IMG/VR virus record: IMGVR_UViG_3300017917_002795
Location: 32,001 to 96,000 of that record
From: a virus
DNA: 64,000 nt
Strand: one strand, 5' to 3'
Shown here: positions 1 through 9,059 of the stretch, piece by piece
Layout: each line of letters begins with the position of its first letter
How positions within the stretch are numbered: the first letter of the stretch is position 1
The notes under the pieces: model-generated
Told to the model about the DNA's origin: nothing
Databases searched by the model: none
Seen by the model: the letters and a program-made list of their open reading frames with translations, nothing else
Made by a program: the position numbers and the translations under genes

Positions 1-17
1 TTTAAAAAATTAAAGTT

Positions 18-251
18 ATGAAAAAGTTGTTGTTTATTACAAATGTAGTTGTTATTAATACATTATTGTTGTCGGTATGTTTATGTACTATTAATCCATT
101 TAATTTATCAGTTACTGAAATTATTAATAATGGTATTGAATGGCTGTTTTCGCCTAATCCGATTTATAATATTATTATGATTCTAAGTTTTATTAGTTTG
201 ATCATTTTTAATATTAATCTAATTGTAGATAAAGTAAAATTTAATAAATAA
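18..251 (+). CDS. Small hypothetical membrane protein
   Basis: 77 aa ORF with two hydrophobic segments; A-rich leader; followed by a terminator hairpin. Confidence 0.6.
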   Translation: MKKLLFITNVVVINTLLLSVCLCTINPFNLSVTEIINNGIEWLFSPNPIYNIIMILSFISLIIFNINLIVDKVKFNK

Positions 252-252
252 G

Positions 253-288
253 ATGGAAAATGGGGGTACATAACCCCCCATTTTCATT
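253..288. terminator. Probable bidirectional intrinsic terminator between convergent genes
   Basis: Inverted repeat aaaatggggg..cccccatttt between the + ORF ending at 251 and the - ORF ending at 305. Confidence 0.7.
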
Positions 289-304
289 AATTTATTTTAG
301 TATT

Positions 305-781
305 TTAAATTCCACCAGCACCTAGAATACCAGAGTCCGACCATTCTTCGTTTGAGTTAAATTGCTTTAAATGCCTTTCGATACCACCGGTGATTTTTTC
401 ATTTTTTGGATCAAATAATGATCGGAATGAATTTGGTTTCGTTTCTTCCATATCAGTACTTAACCACGCGAGTATAGTTTTATATTTCATTTTATTAACT
501 AATGCTAATACTTGATCGTATATTTGTTTATTTTTAATACCTCGTACGACTGCGTTATAAACTGACATATTATCGGTACCTAAACCAGCCATGGCAGTTT
601 TTATTTGCTGAATAATTGCATTAGGATTTAATTGTTCCAATAATGCTTTACGTACTTCTAAATACAAACCATGTTGTTCAATAGTTTCCATAATTGAGTT
701 AACAACTAATTCTTTCTGTGCAGCTTCTGACAAATTTTTAGTTCCAAAACGCATCATGTTTTCTGCTAATGTGTTTTTCAT
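305..781 (-). CDS. MKNTLAEN-leader protein with one annexin-like repeat; putative internal head protein
   Basis: Leader shared with 1541..2383; AMAGLGTD motif resembles the annexin GxGTD loop; ATATTTATA motif and AAGGA upstream. Confidence 0.6.
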   Translation of the reverse strand: MKNTLAENMMRFGTKNLSEAAQKELVVNSIMETIEQHGLYLEVRKALLEQLNPNAIIQQIKTAMAGLGTDNMSVYNAVVRGIKNKQIYDQVLALVNKMKYKTILAWLSTDMEETKPNSFRSLFDPKNEKITGGIERHLKQFNSNEEWSDSGILGAGGI

Positions 782-806
782 ATTTTTTTCCTTTGTGGTT
801 ACTTTC
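759..806. repeat. 48-bp exact repeat, copy 1 (leader, RBS and first codons of the MKNTLAEN gene)
   Basis: Identical to 2361..2408. Confidence 0.9.
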
Positions 807-810
807 TTTG

Positions 811-820
811 ATATAAATAT
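811..820 (-). promoter_or_regulatory. Putative late promoter ATATTTATA (minus strand)
   Basis: atataaatat on the + strand, upstream of a minus-strand gene; the same motif precedes about 20 genes in sense orientation. Confidence 0.65.
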
Positions 821-844
821 AGTAATAATGAAAAAACATTTTAT

Positions 845-873
845 TTGGATATATGAAAATATTTTCTTATATT
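845..873 (+). promoter_or_regulatory. Putative early/middle promoter TTGGAT-N17-TATATT
   Basis: Exact 17-nt spacer; the same architecture occurs at 3890, 22287 and 40234. Confidence 0.6.
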
Positions 874-915
874 TATAGTATAATTAATTAGTTAACCATT
901 TAAAAATAAGAGATC

Positions 916-1536
916 ATGAAAAAGTTAGCATTTATTTTTGTTTTATATACAAATACATTATTTTCACAAAATATAGTAACTGATTATTATAAAGAAATTG
1001 CAGCCCACTCTGAGTATGCAAGTGATGGTATTACTTCATTTACTCCACGTACATGGAAAACAGATATAAAAATATTTGTTAAAGGTAATAAAGATTCTGT
1101 AGCCTATTCAGAATTGATTAAAGTTATCAATGAATTAAATGAATTAATTAATACCATTGAAATTAAAATTGTAGATACAGAACCAGAAGCTAACTTAATT
1201 GTTTTCTTCGGTTGGTTTATAGATTATGAAAAAATTGATCCAAATGTTGCACCGTATACAGCAGAAAATTATGGTTTAGCTGCTATATATCACGGTGAAA
1301 ATAATAATTGGATCCGCGGGTCATTTTATGTTGATGTTGTAAGGTGTGAATGGTTACCAAAAGATCGAGCTGAATTATTAAAACGTCATGCTGTACGTGA
1401 AGAACTTACGCAATCATTAGGTTTAATGAATGATTCAATGAAGTATCCTGATAGTATTTTTTATCAAGAATGGTCATTAGTAACTGAATATTCAGATTTG
1501 GATAAACAAATTATAAAAATGCATTACGCATATTAA
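916..1536 (+). CDS. Secreted DUF2927-like (metallopeptidase-like fold) protein
   Basis: N-terminal signal peptide (..TLFS|Q); motif EELTQSLGLMNDS..YPDSIFYQ. Confidence 0.65.
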   Translation: MKKLAFIFVLYTNTLFSQNIVTDYYKEIAAHSEYASDGITSFTPRTWKTDIKIFVKGNKDSVAYSELIKVINELNELINTIEIKIVDTEPEANLIVFFGWFIDYEKIDPNVAPYTAENYGLAAIYHGENNNWIRGSFYVDVVRCEWLPKDRAELLKRHAVREELTQSLGLMNDSMKYPDSIFYQEWSLVTEYSDLDKQIIKMHYAY

Positions 1537-1540
1537 TAAT

Positions 1541-2383
1541 TTATTTTATTTTATTAACATTAACCATCTCACCATAATGCCATGTTAGAACTTCGATATA
1601 ATCTGCATATCCCTTATATTCTGGACAATATCCATCCCCTAATCTTATTCGAATATAATCAACTCCAGCTTTTAATTTTGAACCATTTATATGAAGACTT
1701 TTTGGAATAACCGTTGGATCATCAAATGCTGCTAAAGCTTGATCTGCCCCAGCCCCAGCACCTCTTGCAACAAACAAATCTGATTGCTGTTCTATAGTAC
1801 GATCAGCTGATTCAGATGCTGTACCGTCACTTTGTATAAATGGTTTATTTGGATCTCCAGAATAGTTTGTGGTAACTGGCCGGTTAAATAAATATAAGTA
1901 TGTTGTACCAGATTTTAAATCTGCGTTGTTAGTTACACTACCATAATGTCCAACATAACAAGCTCTTGTCATAAATGAACCTACAATAATCTTATCTGTA
2001 TTATTATTTTCTAACTCTAGAAATCCGTAACCACCAGCACCAGCAACAGCTCCAGATTTAGGATCCCATAATACAAGTTTTTTTGCAAAAACTAAAATAG
2101 TTTTTCCAATTATTTTATTAAGATTGCCCTGATAACCTCCTATATATTCGATCATTGTTTTCCATAATCCATCAGACTTTAAAAACGATCGATTTGGATC
2201 AGATTTCGAAGGAGTAATTGAGATTCCAGGAACGGTCATTAATGATTTTGCATGAGTTCCGGTAATATTAGACTTACCAGAATCAGTTGGTTCTGTTGCC
2301 TGTTCTGCTAATTTAGATCGATCAGTTTCAGAAAGATTTTTTACGCCAAATCTAAGTAAATTTTCTGCTAATGTGTTTTTCAT
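1541..2383 (-). CDS. MKNTLAEN-leader hypothetical protein; putative internal head protein
   Basis: Start moved from 2410 to 2383 because the leader and RBS match 305..781; begins MKNTLAENLLRFGVKNLSE. Confidence 0.7.
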   Translation of the reverse strand: MKNTLAENLLRFGVKNLSETDRSKLAEQATEPTDSGKSNITGTHAKSLMTVPGISITPSKSDPNRSFLKSDGLWKTMIEYIGGYQGNLNKIIGKTILVFAKKLVLWDPKSGAVAGAGGYGFLELENNNTDKIIVGSFMTRACYVGHYGSVTNNADLKSGTTYLYLFNRPVTTNYSGDPNKPFIQSDGTASESADRTIEQQSDLFVARGAGAGADQALAAFDDPTVIPKSLHINGSKLKAGVDYIRIRLGDGYCPEYKGYADYIEVLTWHYGEMVNVNKIK

Positions 2384-2408
2384 ATTTTTTTCCTTTGTGG
2401 TTACTTTC
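2361..2408. repeat. 48-bp exact repeat, copy 2
   Basis: Identical to 759..806. Confidence 0.9.
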
Positions 2409-2498
2409 ATATAAATATACGAATAAAAAAAAATACCAGTTATTTGGATTTGTGAAAATGTTTATATAATATATAGTATAATCCATTAAATTTATTAT

Positions 2499-3530
2499 AT
2501 GATTCGTCTAGGTTACTGCTGCATTAATATGCAACTTTCATCTCAAGGCATCCGCACCGGTCGCACAATGATTGATCGCAAGTTCCGTCTTGGCGGTTTA
2601 CAATTAGCTTCTGACATTGCACTTGCCAATGCTAAAGATTTATTGACTATTCTGCAATGGAATGAATCGCAAGGTATTCGTCTATTTCGTATTGGTTCAG
2701 AATTATTTCCTCGTTGGAATCATTATGAGTTAGCAGATTTGCCAGGTATCGCGGAGATCACACATCATCTTCGCATAGCAGGTGATTATGCTCGTGCTCA
2801 TAATCATCGTCTTACGACACACCCTGGTCCGTTTCATATCTTAGGTAGTCCTGATGATGTGGTTGTTGACAATAGCATCATTGGCCTCGAGCGTCATAGC
2901 GAAATGTTTGACCTTATGGGTTATGCTCCTAGCTTTGACAATCTTATCAATATTCATATTGGTGCTACTTACGGCGATAAGCCTGGTACGGTTGCTCGTT
3001 GGTTGTTTAACTACGCACGTTTATCAGCGTCCTGCCGTGCACGGTTAGTTGTTGAGAATGATGATAAGGCTTCCATGTATTCCGTGCGTGAATTATATGA
3101 GATGGTGCATTCTGTTACGCGTATTCCTATTACATTTGACTATTGGCATCATACATTCAATACAGGTGACATCAGCGAGCAAGAAGCTTTCTTCATGGCA
3201 CGTGACACGTGGGCTATTCATGGTGCTACGCAATGCACTCATTACTCCGAGTCGCGACGTCGTGAGCAGCAACTTCTCATTGAGCGTATGTTTGCACATC
3301 ATGGCATTTCTTTAGAAACTATTGCACAATGGCCAACATTTCACAAACAATACAAAGAATTTACTAAGATCAAGGAGCAAGCTCATGCTGATTTTATCAC
3401 ACAGCTTCCGAATACATATGGTGTTGATGCATTAGATGTTGAGGTTGAGGCTAAGGCTAAAGAGCAATCATTGTTACAACTAAATGTAACATGTTGCCAA
3501 GAACAAAAAACTGCATTGATTTTAGATTAA
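2499..3530 (+). CDS. uvsE: UV DNA damage endonuclease (UvsE/UVDE family)
   Basis: Motifs RLGYCCIN, FRIGSELFP, HPGPF, INIHIG, RLVVENDD, FDYWHH, HAD, VEAKAKE. Confidence 0.92.
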   Translation: MIRLGYCCINMQLSSQGIRTGRTMIDRKFRLGGLQLASDIALANAKDLLTILQWNESQGIRLFRIGSELFPRWNHYELADLPGIAEITHHLRIAGDYARAHNHRLTTHPGPFHILGSPDDVVVDNSIIGLERHSEMFDLMGYAPSFDNLINIHIGATYGDKPGTVARWLFNYARLSASCRARLVVENDDKASMYSVRELYEMVHSVTRIPITFDYWHHTFNTGDISEQEAFFMARDTWAIHGATQCTHYSESRRREQQLLIERMFAHHGISLETIAQWPTFHKQYKEFTKIKEQAHADFITQLPNTYGVDALDVEVEAKAKEQSLLQLNVTCCQEQKTALILD

Positions 3531-3566
3531 CCATATTTATTATAAATTTAAAAAAAAAGGATAGTT

Positions 3567-3746
3567 ATGGCTCATTACCGTTACAAAGCACAAATTACTG
3601 ATGATATTGAAGATGCAAGAGAGATTATCAGAAACACCGGACTTATGCTGCAAGAAGGCAAAATAGATAAAGCATCTGCATTGCATAATTTAGCAACCGC
3701 TCTTAAGAAATTAGATTCTGCACGTTATTTTATCGATAGAGAATGA
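3567..3746 (+). CDS. Small hypothetical protein (59 aa, below the ORF-track cutoff)
   Basis: MAHYRYKAQITDDIEDARE...; AAAGGA RBS and ATATTTAT motif (3533) upstream. Confidence 0.7.
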   Translation: MAHYRYKAQITDDIEDAREIIRNTGLMLQEGKIDKASALHNLATALKKLDSARYFIDRE

Positions 3747-3907
3747 GAAACACAAAATCAACAAAACCACCTAAAGGTTACAAAAAACTGCAATGTAAAT
3801 ATTGTGATGAAATTTGTCAACGAGTAGATGAAAAGGCAACTGCAATAACATGTTCAAAATGTGTTACAAAGCTTGTTGCAGGATTTGTATTGGAAATACG
3901 AAAATAA
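3743..3907 (+). CDS. Small zinc-ribbon protein (54 aa, not in the ORF track)
   Basis: MRNTKSTKPPKGYKKLQCKYC..TCSKC..; two CxxC pairs; ATGA overlap with the upstream ORF. Confidence 0.7.
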   Translation: MRNTKSTKPPKGYKKLQCKYCDEICQRVDEKATAITCSKCVTKLVAGFVLEIRK

Positions 3908-3918
3908 TTCATTATAAT
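3890..3918 (+). promoter_or_regulatory. Putative promoter TTGGAA-N17-TATAAT, probably leaderless
   Basis: The -10 box ends 5 nt before the ATG at 3924; no SD. Confidence 0.6.
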
Positions 3919-3923
3919 AAGTT

Positions 3924-4700
3924 ATGTTAGAAGCAGAAAAAATCAAATCAAATTGGGAACGTTATCGCGGATTAGTTAATGATTTATTTCCATCCCGGAA
4001 AGGCGCATTAAATAAGATGTATGATGATTTCGAAGATCGAATGGCGTTAATGCCAGCATCTTCCATGGAACATTTTCATAATGCATTTGCTGGTGGATAT
4101 GTAGACCATGTACTTCGAGTAATGGATTGTGCGTTAACTTTGCATAATACATGGACAGTTTGTGGTGCTGATATGTCTGGTTATACTACGGAAGAATTGT
4201 TGTTTGCTGCAATGCATCATGATTTAGGTAAAGTAGGATTTCCAGGCGAAGGCAATGAAGTATATCAAGTAGAAACTTCGGATTGGCATCGCAAGAATCA
4301 AGGTAAATTATATAAAACAAATTCAAATATTCCATTCACAATGGTACCAGATTTATCAATTTGGTTGCTTCAAGAATATGGTGTTAAAATATCTTGGAAT
4401 GAGTATCAAGCAATCAAGATTCACGACGGAATGTATGATGATGCAAATAAACCATATTTTGTTGCTAGATCTCCACAAGCTAAATTGAAAACAAATCTTC
4501 CAATCATATTGCATCACGCTGACCATATGGCATCAACTATTGAATATGAGCGTTGGAGAAATGAAAAAGCATCATCTCCGGCTCCTGTTGCAGAAAAAAG
4601 TAAAATCACAAAAAGCAACGGTTTAAAAAACTTAGCAGAAAATAATCCAGATGTTGAAAAGACGTTAACGGATATTTTTAGTGCGTTTAATGCAGAATAA
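3924..4700 (+). CDS. HD-domain phosphohydrolase
   Basis: Metal ligands H(VL)..HHDLGK..HDG..ADH. Confidence 0.85.
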   Translation: MLEAEKIKSNWERYRGLVNDLFPSRKGALNKMYDDFEDRMALMPASSMEHFHNAFAGGYVDHVLRVMDCALTLHNTWTVCGADMSGYTTEELLFAAMHHDLGKVGFPGEGNEVYQVETSDWHRKNQGKLYKTNSNIPFTMVPDLSIWLLQEYGVKISWNEYQAIKIHDGMYDDANKPYFVARSPQAKLKTNLPIILHHADHMASTIEYERWRNEKASSPAPVAEKSKITKSNGLKNLAENNPDVEKTLTDIFSAFNAE

Positions 4701-4705
4701 TAAAC

Positions 4706-4993
4706 ATGATAGCACTTATATTATTATCAATCGTAGCCACAGGAGCCGCAGTATATTTTGGTTATAGAGCTTATATTTTAGCTGGCGTTTTAGCTGACAC
4801 TGATGAATTTTTTGAGTCGATTCAGCAAACAAATGAATACATGTATTCTAGAATTCAGCAATCATATGATGCCATGCAAAAAATTGATCGACTAGGAGCA
4901 TTTGAAAAAGATGATGAAGCTGGAACAACGTTTGATTTGTTAAAACAAGTAATTGAAGAACTTAAAGAGGAATTTGATGGGCAAGAGAGCTAA
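4706..4993 (+). CDS. Hypothetical protein with N-terminal transmembrane helix
   Basis: Hydrophobic N-terminus, acidic helical remainder. Confidence 0.65.
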   Translation: MIALILLSIVATGAAVYFGYRAYILAGVLADTDEFFESIQQTNEYMYSRIQQSYDAMQKIDRLGAFEKDDEAGTTFDLLKQVIEELKEEFDGQES

Positions 4994-5681
4994 AAAACAA
5001 AGTAATGTATATTTTACAAAGATCACTGATATAGCAATTTGTGCATACAATAAAACGGAAGATCAACCTGCTTTTCGCGAAAAAATTTATCGCAGATTTA
5101 TATTTCCGGCATTCATGAAACTTGCAGAAAATTTAATCAACAAGATAAAACCTGATTACATTGATTCGACGTTTAATGATTTACAAACTGATTTAGTTAC
5201 ATTTTTAACGGCTCGTTTAGATAAATTTAAACCAGAAAACGGAAAAGCATATTCTTATTATACAAGAACGTCATTTAACTATTTAATTGCAGAAAATCAA
5301 AAAGGTTATGCAAAGGTAAAGGCTGATGCCCATGTTATTGATGTAGATGAAGATCGCAACATAATCACAGAAATTCACAATGATGAAATGCGTGAAACTT
5401 TAGAATATTTTATGGATGCTTACATTGAATATTGTTATGATAACTTAAATTATATATTTAATAATTCTACAGATATTCATGTTGCTGAATCTGTGTTGCA
5501 TATTTTTGAGACTCGCGAAAATATTGAAGATTTCAACAAGAAAGCGTTGTATATTTTAATTCGAGAACGCACTGGAATGGAAACAACTAACATTACCAGG
5601 GTTGTTAAGACATTAAAACAAATTTACGAAGATAGATTTAAAGAGTACGAACAAACAGACTTCATAAAATTGCCGTTTTGA
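4977..5681 (+). CDS. Phage sigma factor, T4 gp55-like (late transcription)
   Basis: Region-2-like LDKFKPENGKAYSYYTRTSFNYLI; start moved to ATG 4977 behind AGAGGA. Confidence 0.7.
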   Translation: MGKRAKKQSNVYFTKITDIAICAYNKTEDQPAFREKIYRRFIFPAFMKLAENLINKIKPDYIDSTFNDLQTDLVTFLTARLDKFKPENGKAYSYYTRTSFNYLIAENQKGYAKVKADAHVIDVDEDRNIITEIHNDEMRETLEYFMDAYIEYCYDNLNYIFNNSTDIHVAESVLHIFETRENIEDFNKKALYILIRERTGMETTNITRVVKTLKQIYEDRFKEYEQTDFIKLPF

Positions 5682-5708
5682 TATTTATATTTATATAAAT
5701 GTTTTAAA

Positions 5709-6149
5709 ATGGATAGAAACGAAGAATTATTTAAAGGTACTACATTTGCTGATTTGATGTCTGATGTATATCATAATAGCAAGAAAAAAGATCGTCAGAT
5801 AACGCAACTGATTGCTCAGTTACAGCCGTTAATTAAAAATGCATCTGATGCAACTATCATCGTTCCTTTAATTAAGGAATATCTAGATGTTGCTGTTAAG
5901 AATGATGATCATCTAGTTAAATTAACTGCGATTGTTCAGCGTTATATTTCAACTAAACAAACTATTGCAGGTGCTGATTCATTGCTTAGCGATGAAGAAA
6001 AACAACAATTGATTCGAATGGCTGAAACTACATTAGAAACGGAATTGGAAGATGAAATTCGAGATCTTAAACAATTAGATGTAGAAGACGCAAATTTCCA
6101 GAACAAAATAAATCAAGCCAAAAGCAAGTTGACAGGTAATAATGAGTAG
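5709..6149 (+). CDS. Hypothetical helical protein
   Basis: 146 aa ORF; tandem ATATTTATA motifs upstream (5681-5696). Confidence 0.7.
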   Translation: MDRNEELFKGTTFADLMSDVYHNSKKKDRQITQLIAQLQPLIKNASDATIIVPLIKEYLDVAVKNDDHLVKLTAIVQRYISTKQTIAGADSLLSDEEKQQLIRMAETTLETELEDEIRDLKQLDVEDANFQNKINQAKSKLTGNNE

Positions 6150-7206
6150 ACCGTATTCAAATCCAGTTTGGTTTTATGTCGCTGAAGTAACTGCGGTTAC
6201 CCCAAATCCTACTTATGATTTATCAATTGATCGTAAAATAAAAGAAAAAAATCAACCTGCAGACCGCAATGTAAAAAACATATACATGATCGATTGTTCG
6301 ATTATTCAAACCGGTACATGGTCTCCTCCAATCATCGCTAAACCTGCGGATTTGAATACATCTAAAATTCCATTAGTTGGTGAACATGTACTAGTTTTCC
6401 GTGGTTATCGTGCTGATTCCAATGTTGAAAGTAGAAAAACAGAATGGTTTTATCTGAATACATTGTCTATAAGTTCTGATATCAATCTAAATGCTATTCC
6501 AGGTGTTTCTGATTCCAGAATATCAGGGTCTGCAGCCCCAGGTGATTCTTTTAAAGAACGTGTTGTATCCATACTTCAGCAATTTGAAGGAGATGTTGTA
6601 TTGCAAGGACGTTGGGGGAATAGTTTGCGGTTTAGTAGCACAATTGATACTAAAAATATAAAAGTAGAACAACAACCTACATGGATTGGTAACCGTACGG
6701 GAGATCCAATTACTATTATTTCAAATAACCGGATTAATGAAGATGATTCATATGGAATTGAGCAAATAAAAGATGAAAATGCGGCAATTTATTTAACATC
6801 AACCCAACAACTGCCAACATTAACATTAGGAACTTCACAAGAAAAAAATCCATTGCGTTGTTTTACTCCAACAGAATCACAGTATGCAAAATCTCAACTC
6901 ATCGGAACTGCTGATCGCATTGTGCTCAAAGCTAAAACAGACGTTGCAGTTATTGATGCACCGAAAGCAGTTATATTAAATACAACCGGTGATGTGAAAA
7001 TTGGAAGTGATGAAGCAAATATTTCCATGGTTCATGGAGATGTATTGCTTGTTATACTTCAAAAGATATTAAACCAACTCAATGTCCCGGTGCAAGCAGC
7101 TCATTTAACAGGTACGTTTTTAGATAAATCAAATATTCAATCAGCTCAACGTGATTTACAAAAACTACTTAGTTCTAAATATTTTATAAAACAACAAACA
7201 TATTAA
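6142..7206 (+). CDS. Baseplate hub/central spike protein (gp5/VgrG OB-fold-like)
   Basis: IPLVGEHVLVF and EGDVVLQGRWGNSLRF motifs; beta-rich C-terminus; baseplate context. Confidence 0.6.
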   Translation: MSRPYSNPVWFYVAEVTAVTPNPTYDLSIDRKIKEKNQPADRNVKNIYMIDCSIIQTGTWSPPIIAKPADLNTSKIPLVGEHVLVFRGYRADSNVESRKTEWFYLNTLSISSDINLNAIPGVSDSRISGSAAPGDSFKERVVSILQQFEGDVVLQGRWGNSLRFSSTIDTKNIKVEQQPTWIGNRTGDPITIISNNRINEDDSYGIEQIKDENAAIYLTSTQQLPTLTLGTSQEKNPLRCFTPTESQYAKSQLIGTADRIVLKAKTDVAVIDAPKAVILNTTGDVKIGSDEANISMVHGDVLLVILQKILNQLNVPVQAAHLTGTFLDKSNIQSAQRDLQKLLSSKYFIKQQTY

Positions 7207-7215
7207 GGTTATATC

Positions 7216-8064
7216 ATGTCAGCACTAACACCACCATTTGATATTGTTCCTAAATTACCTGGCAAAGGCGTCAATTTAATAGTTAAACAACTTGATCAGC
7301 AAACTAATCGGTTAGTTGAATCAGTAAATAAAACTGTACAAGATTCAATAAAATTACCGCGAGGTTGTAGTTGTGATGATCCTAATGTTAAAAAAATCAA
7401 AGATGATTTAGCTAAAATACAACAGCAAATCACTAAAGTACAACAAACAATTCCTGACATAAGTAAAACTATTAAGACAGTTCAAACATTAGTTAAAACA
7501 GCTAGTGCGGTAAAATCTGCAATTACTGCAGCTCAATTATTGAATCCGGTTACTGCGCCTTTATTTATTGCACAACAATTAACAGCAATACAGGATGCAA
7601 CCATAGCAAATGCAATTGCATCTTTAGAACAATTTAAAACTATACCAGATTCAATAACATCGAAACTTGCTACCATAGTGCCACCGTTAATCAATGCAAT
7701 ACAACGTATATCAGAAACATGTAATGGTGATTTAGATGGTTTAGAAAACTTACAACTACCAAAATCTGTTATCGATGATATTGATGGCGATTACAATGAT
7801 TTAATTGATTCTGACTTCTACAATGAATTAAATGTTTCTGATGATGATTTACAACAAAGGTCAGATACCATTGAATCTTTAGTAGCTCAACAACAATCAT
7901 TATTAACATCATTATTAGAAGCCCCAAGCCGAGTATATCAAGAAAATGGTGCACCAAAATCTAATTTAGGTAAATTGGGCGATTACTATATAGATATTCA
8001 AAATAGAATGATGTATGGTCCAAAATTAGATGCTCAATCATGGGGAACGGGCATAAACTATTGA
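7216..8064 (+). CDS. Hypothetical structural protein
   Basis: Coiled-coil core; C-terminal GAP..LGKLGDYYID..MYGPK module of the kind seen in fibre proteins. Confidence 0.55.
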   Translation: MSALTPPFDIVPKLPGKGVNLIVKQLDQQTNRLVESVNKTVQDSIKLPRGCSCDDPNVKKIKDDLAKIQQQITKVQQTIPDISKTIKTVQTLVKTASAVKSAITAAQLLNPVTAPLFIAQQLTAIQDATIANAIASLEQFKTIPDSITSKLATIVPPLINAIQRISETCNGDLDGLENLQLPKSVIDDIDGDYNDLIDSDFYNELNVSDDDLQQRSDTIESLVAQQQSLLTSLLEAPSRVYQENGAPKSNLGKLGDYYIDIQNRMMYGPKLDAQSWGTGINY

Positions 8065-8092
8065 TCTTTATATTTATAATAAAAGATATCAT

Positions 8093-8599
8093 ATGGATTC
8101 AAAAACATTAATAAAAGCACTTAAAACCGCTGTACGTGAGGTTATAAAAGAAGAATTGACAGAAATTCTTCAAGAAGGTTTACAATCTACTATTAATGAG
8201 ATGAAAATGTCATCCGTAAAGAAACGTGTAACCCAAGAGCCAGTACGAAATAAAACTAGTATTGTTCCAGAAACACAACATGTAAAAAATAAAGTTCAAT
8301 TCAAATCAACCAGCTTTGCAAATATTTTAAACGAAACGCCATCTATGCGAGATCCAGGAACTGGTATATCTAGTTTTGCTGAACTAGTAAATGAAGATAT
8401 TGATACGTTGAGTTTTACATCTGCAGATGCACCTGGTTTTGGTATGATGCGAACAAATCAGCAGCCTAGTAAACCACAAACAATGCATGATCCAGAAACG
8501 GATAAAATTTTACAAGTTGATCCGGTAGTTGCAAAAGCCATAACAAGAGATTATTCTGCTTTGATGAAAGCCGTTGATAAGAAAAAAGGATTCGTATAA
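8093..8599 (+). CDS. Hypothetical protein
   Basis: 168 aa ORF; ATATTTATA at 8070; N-terminal helix rich in I/L-x-E. Confidence 0.65.
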   Translation: MDSKTLIKALKTAVREVIKEELTEILQEGLQSTINEMKMSSVKKRVTQEPVRNKTSIVPETQHVKNKVQFKSTSFANILNETPSMRDPGTGISSFAELVNEDIDTLSFTSADAPGFGMMRTNQQPSKPQTMHDPETDKILQVDPVVAKAITRDYSALMKAVDKKKGFV

Positions 8600-9045
8600 T
8601 GTCATATGTTGTTGTATCTAGCGCGGAAAATGTTAGAACTAATAATACACCACTAGGAATTAGTATAAATTTTTCTAGACCGGGAGTATTTGAATCACTC
8701 ACAGATATTGACACGCAAGCTCGTAACAACTTAAAGAATTTACTCTTAACATTTCCTGGTGAACGATATGAAAATCCAACATTTGGATGTAATTTAAAGC
8801 GTATAATTTTTGAACAAAGCAATTTGTTTGTTAAAGAACAAATTCAAACACTTATAAATGCAGCTGTATCAAATTTTACACCATATATTAACATACAAAA
8901 TCTAAAAATCATTACAGTAGAAGATGACCCGACATTTGAACATTATATTAAAATAACAATTATATTTACTGTAGATCGATCAGCTTTTGAACAACAAATT
9001 ACAATTACTGGAACTGAAAATGGTCAAATAATTGTTGGAGATTAA
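8599..9045 (+). CDS. Baseplate wedge protein, gp25-like
   Basis: NLKNLLLTFPGERYENPTFGCNL is the gp25 family signature. Confidence 0.88.
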   Translation: MSYVVVSSAENVRTNNTPLGISINFSRPGVFESLTDIDTQARNNLKNLLLTFPGERYENPTFGCNLKRIIFEQSNLFVKEQIQTLINAAVSNFTPYINIQNLKIITVEDDPTFEHYIKITIIFTVDRSAFEQQITITGTENGQIIVGD

Positions 9046-9059
9046 CAGAAATAAACATC

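Noticed and set aside
5709-6149. Terminase small subunit
   Set aside because: Size and helicity fit, but there is no diagnostic motif and it is far from terL; left as hypothetical.
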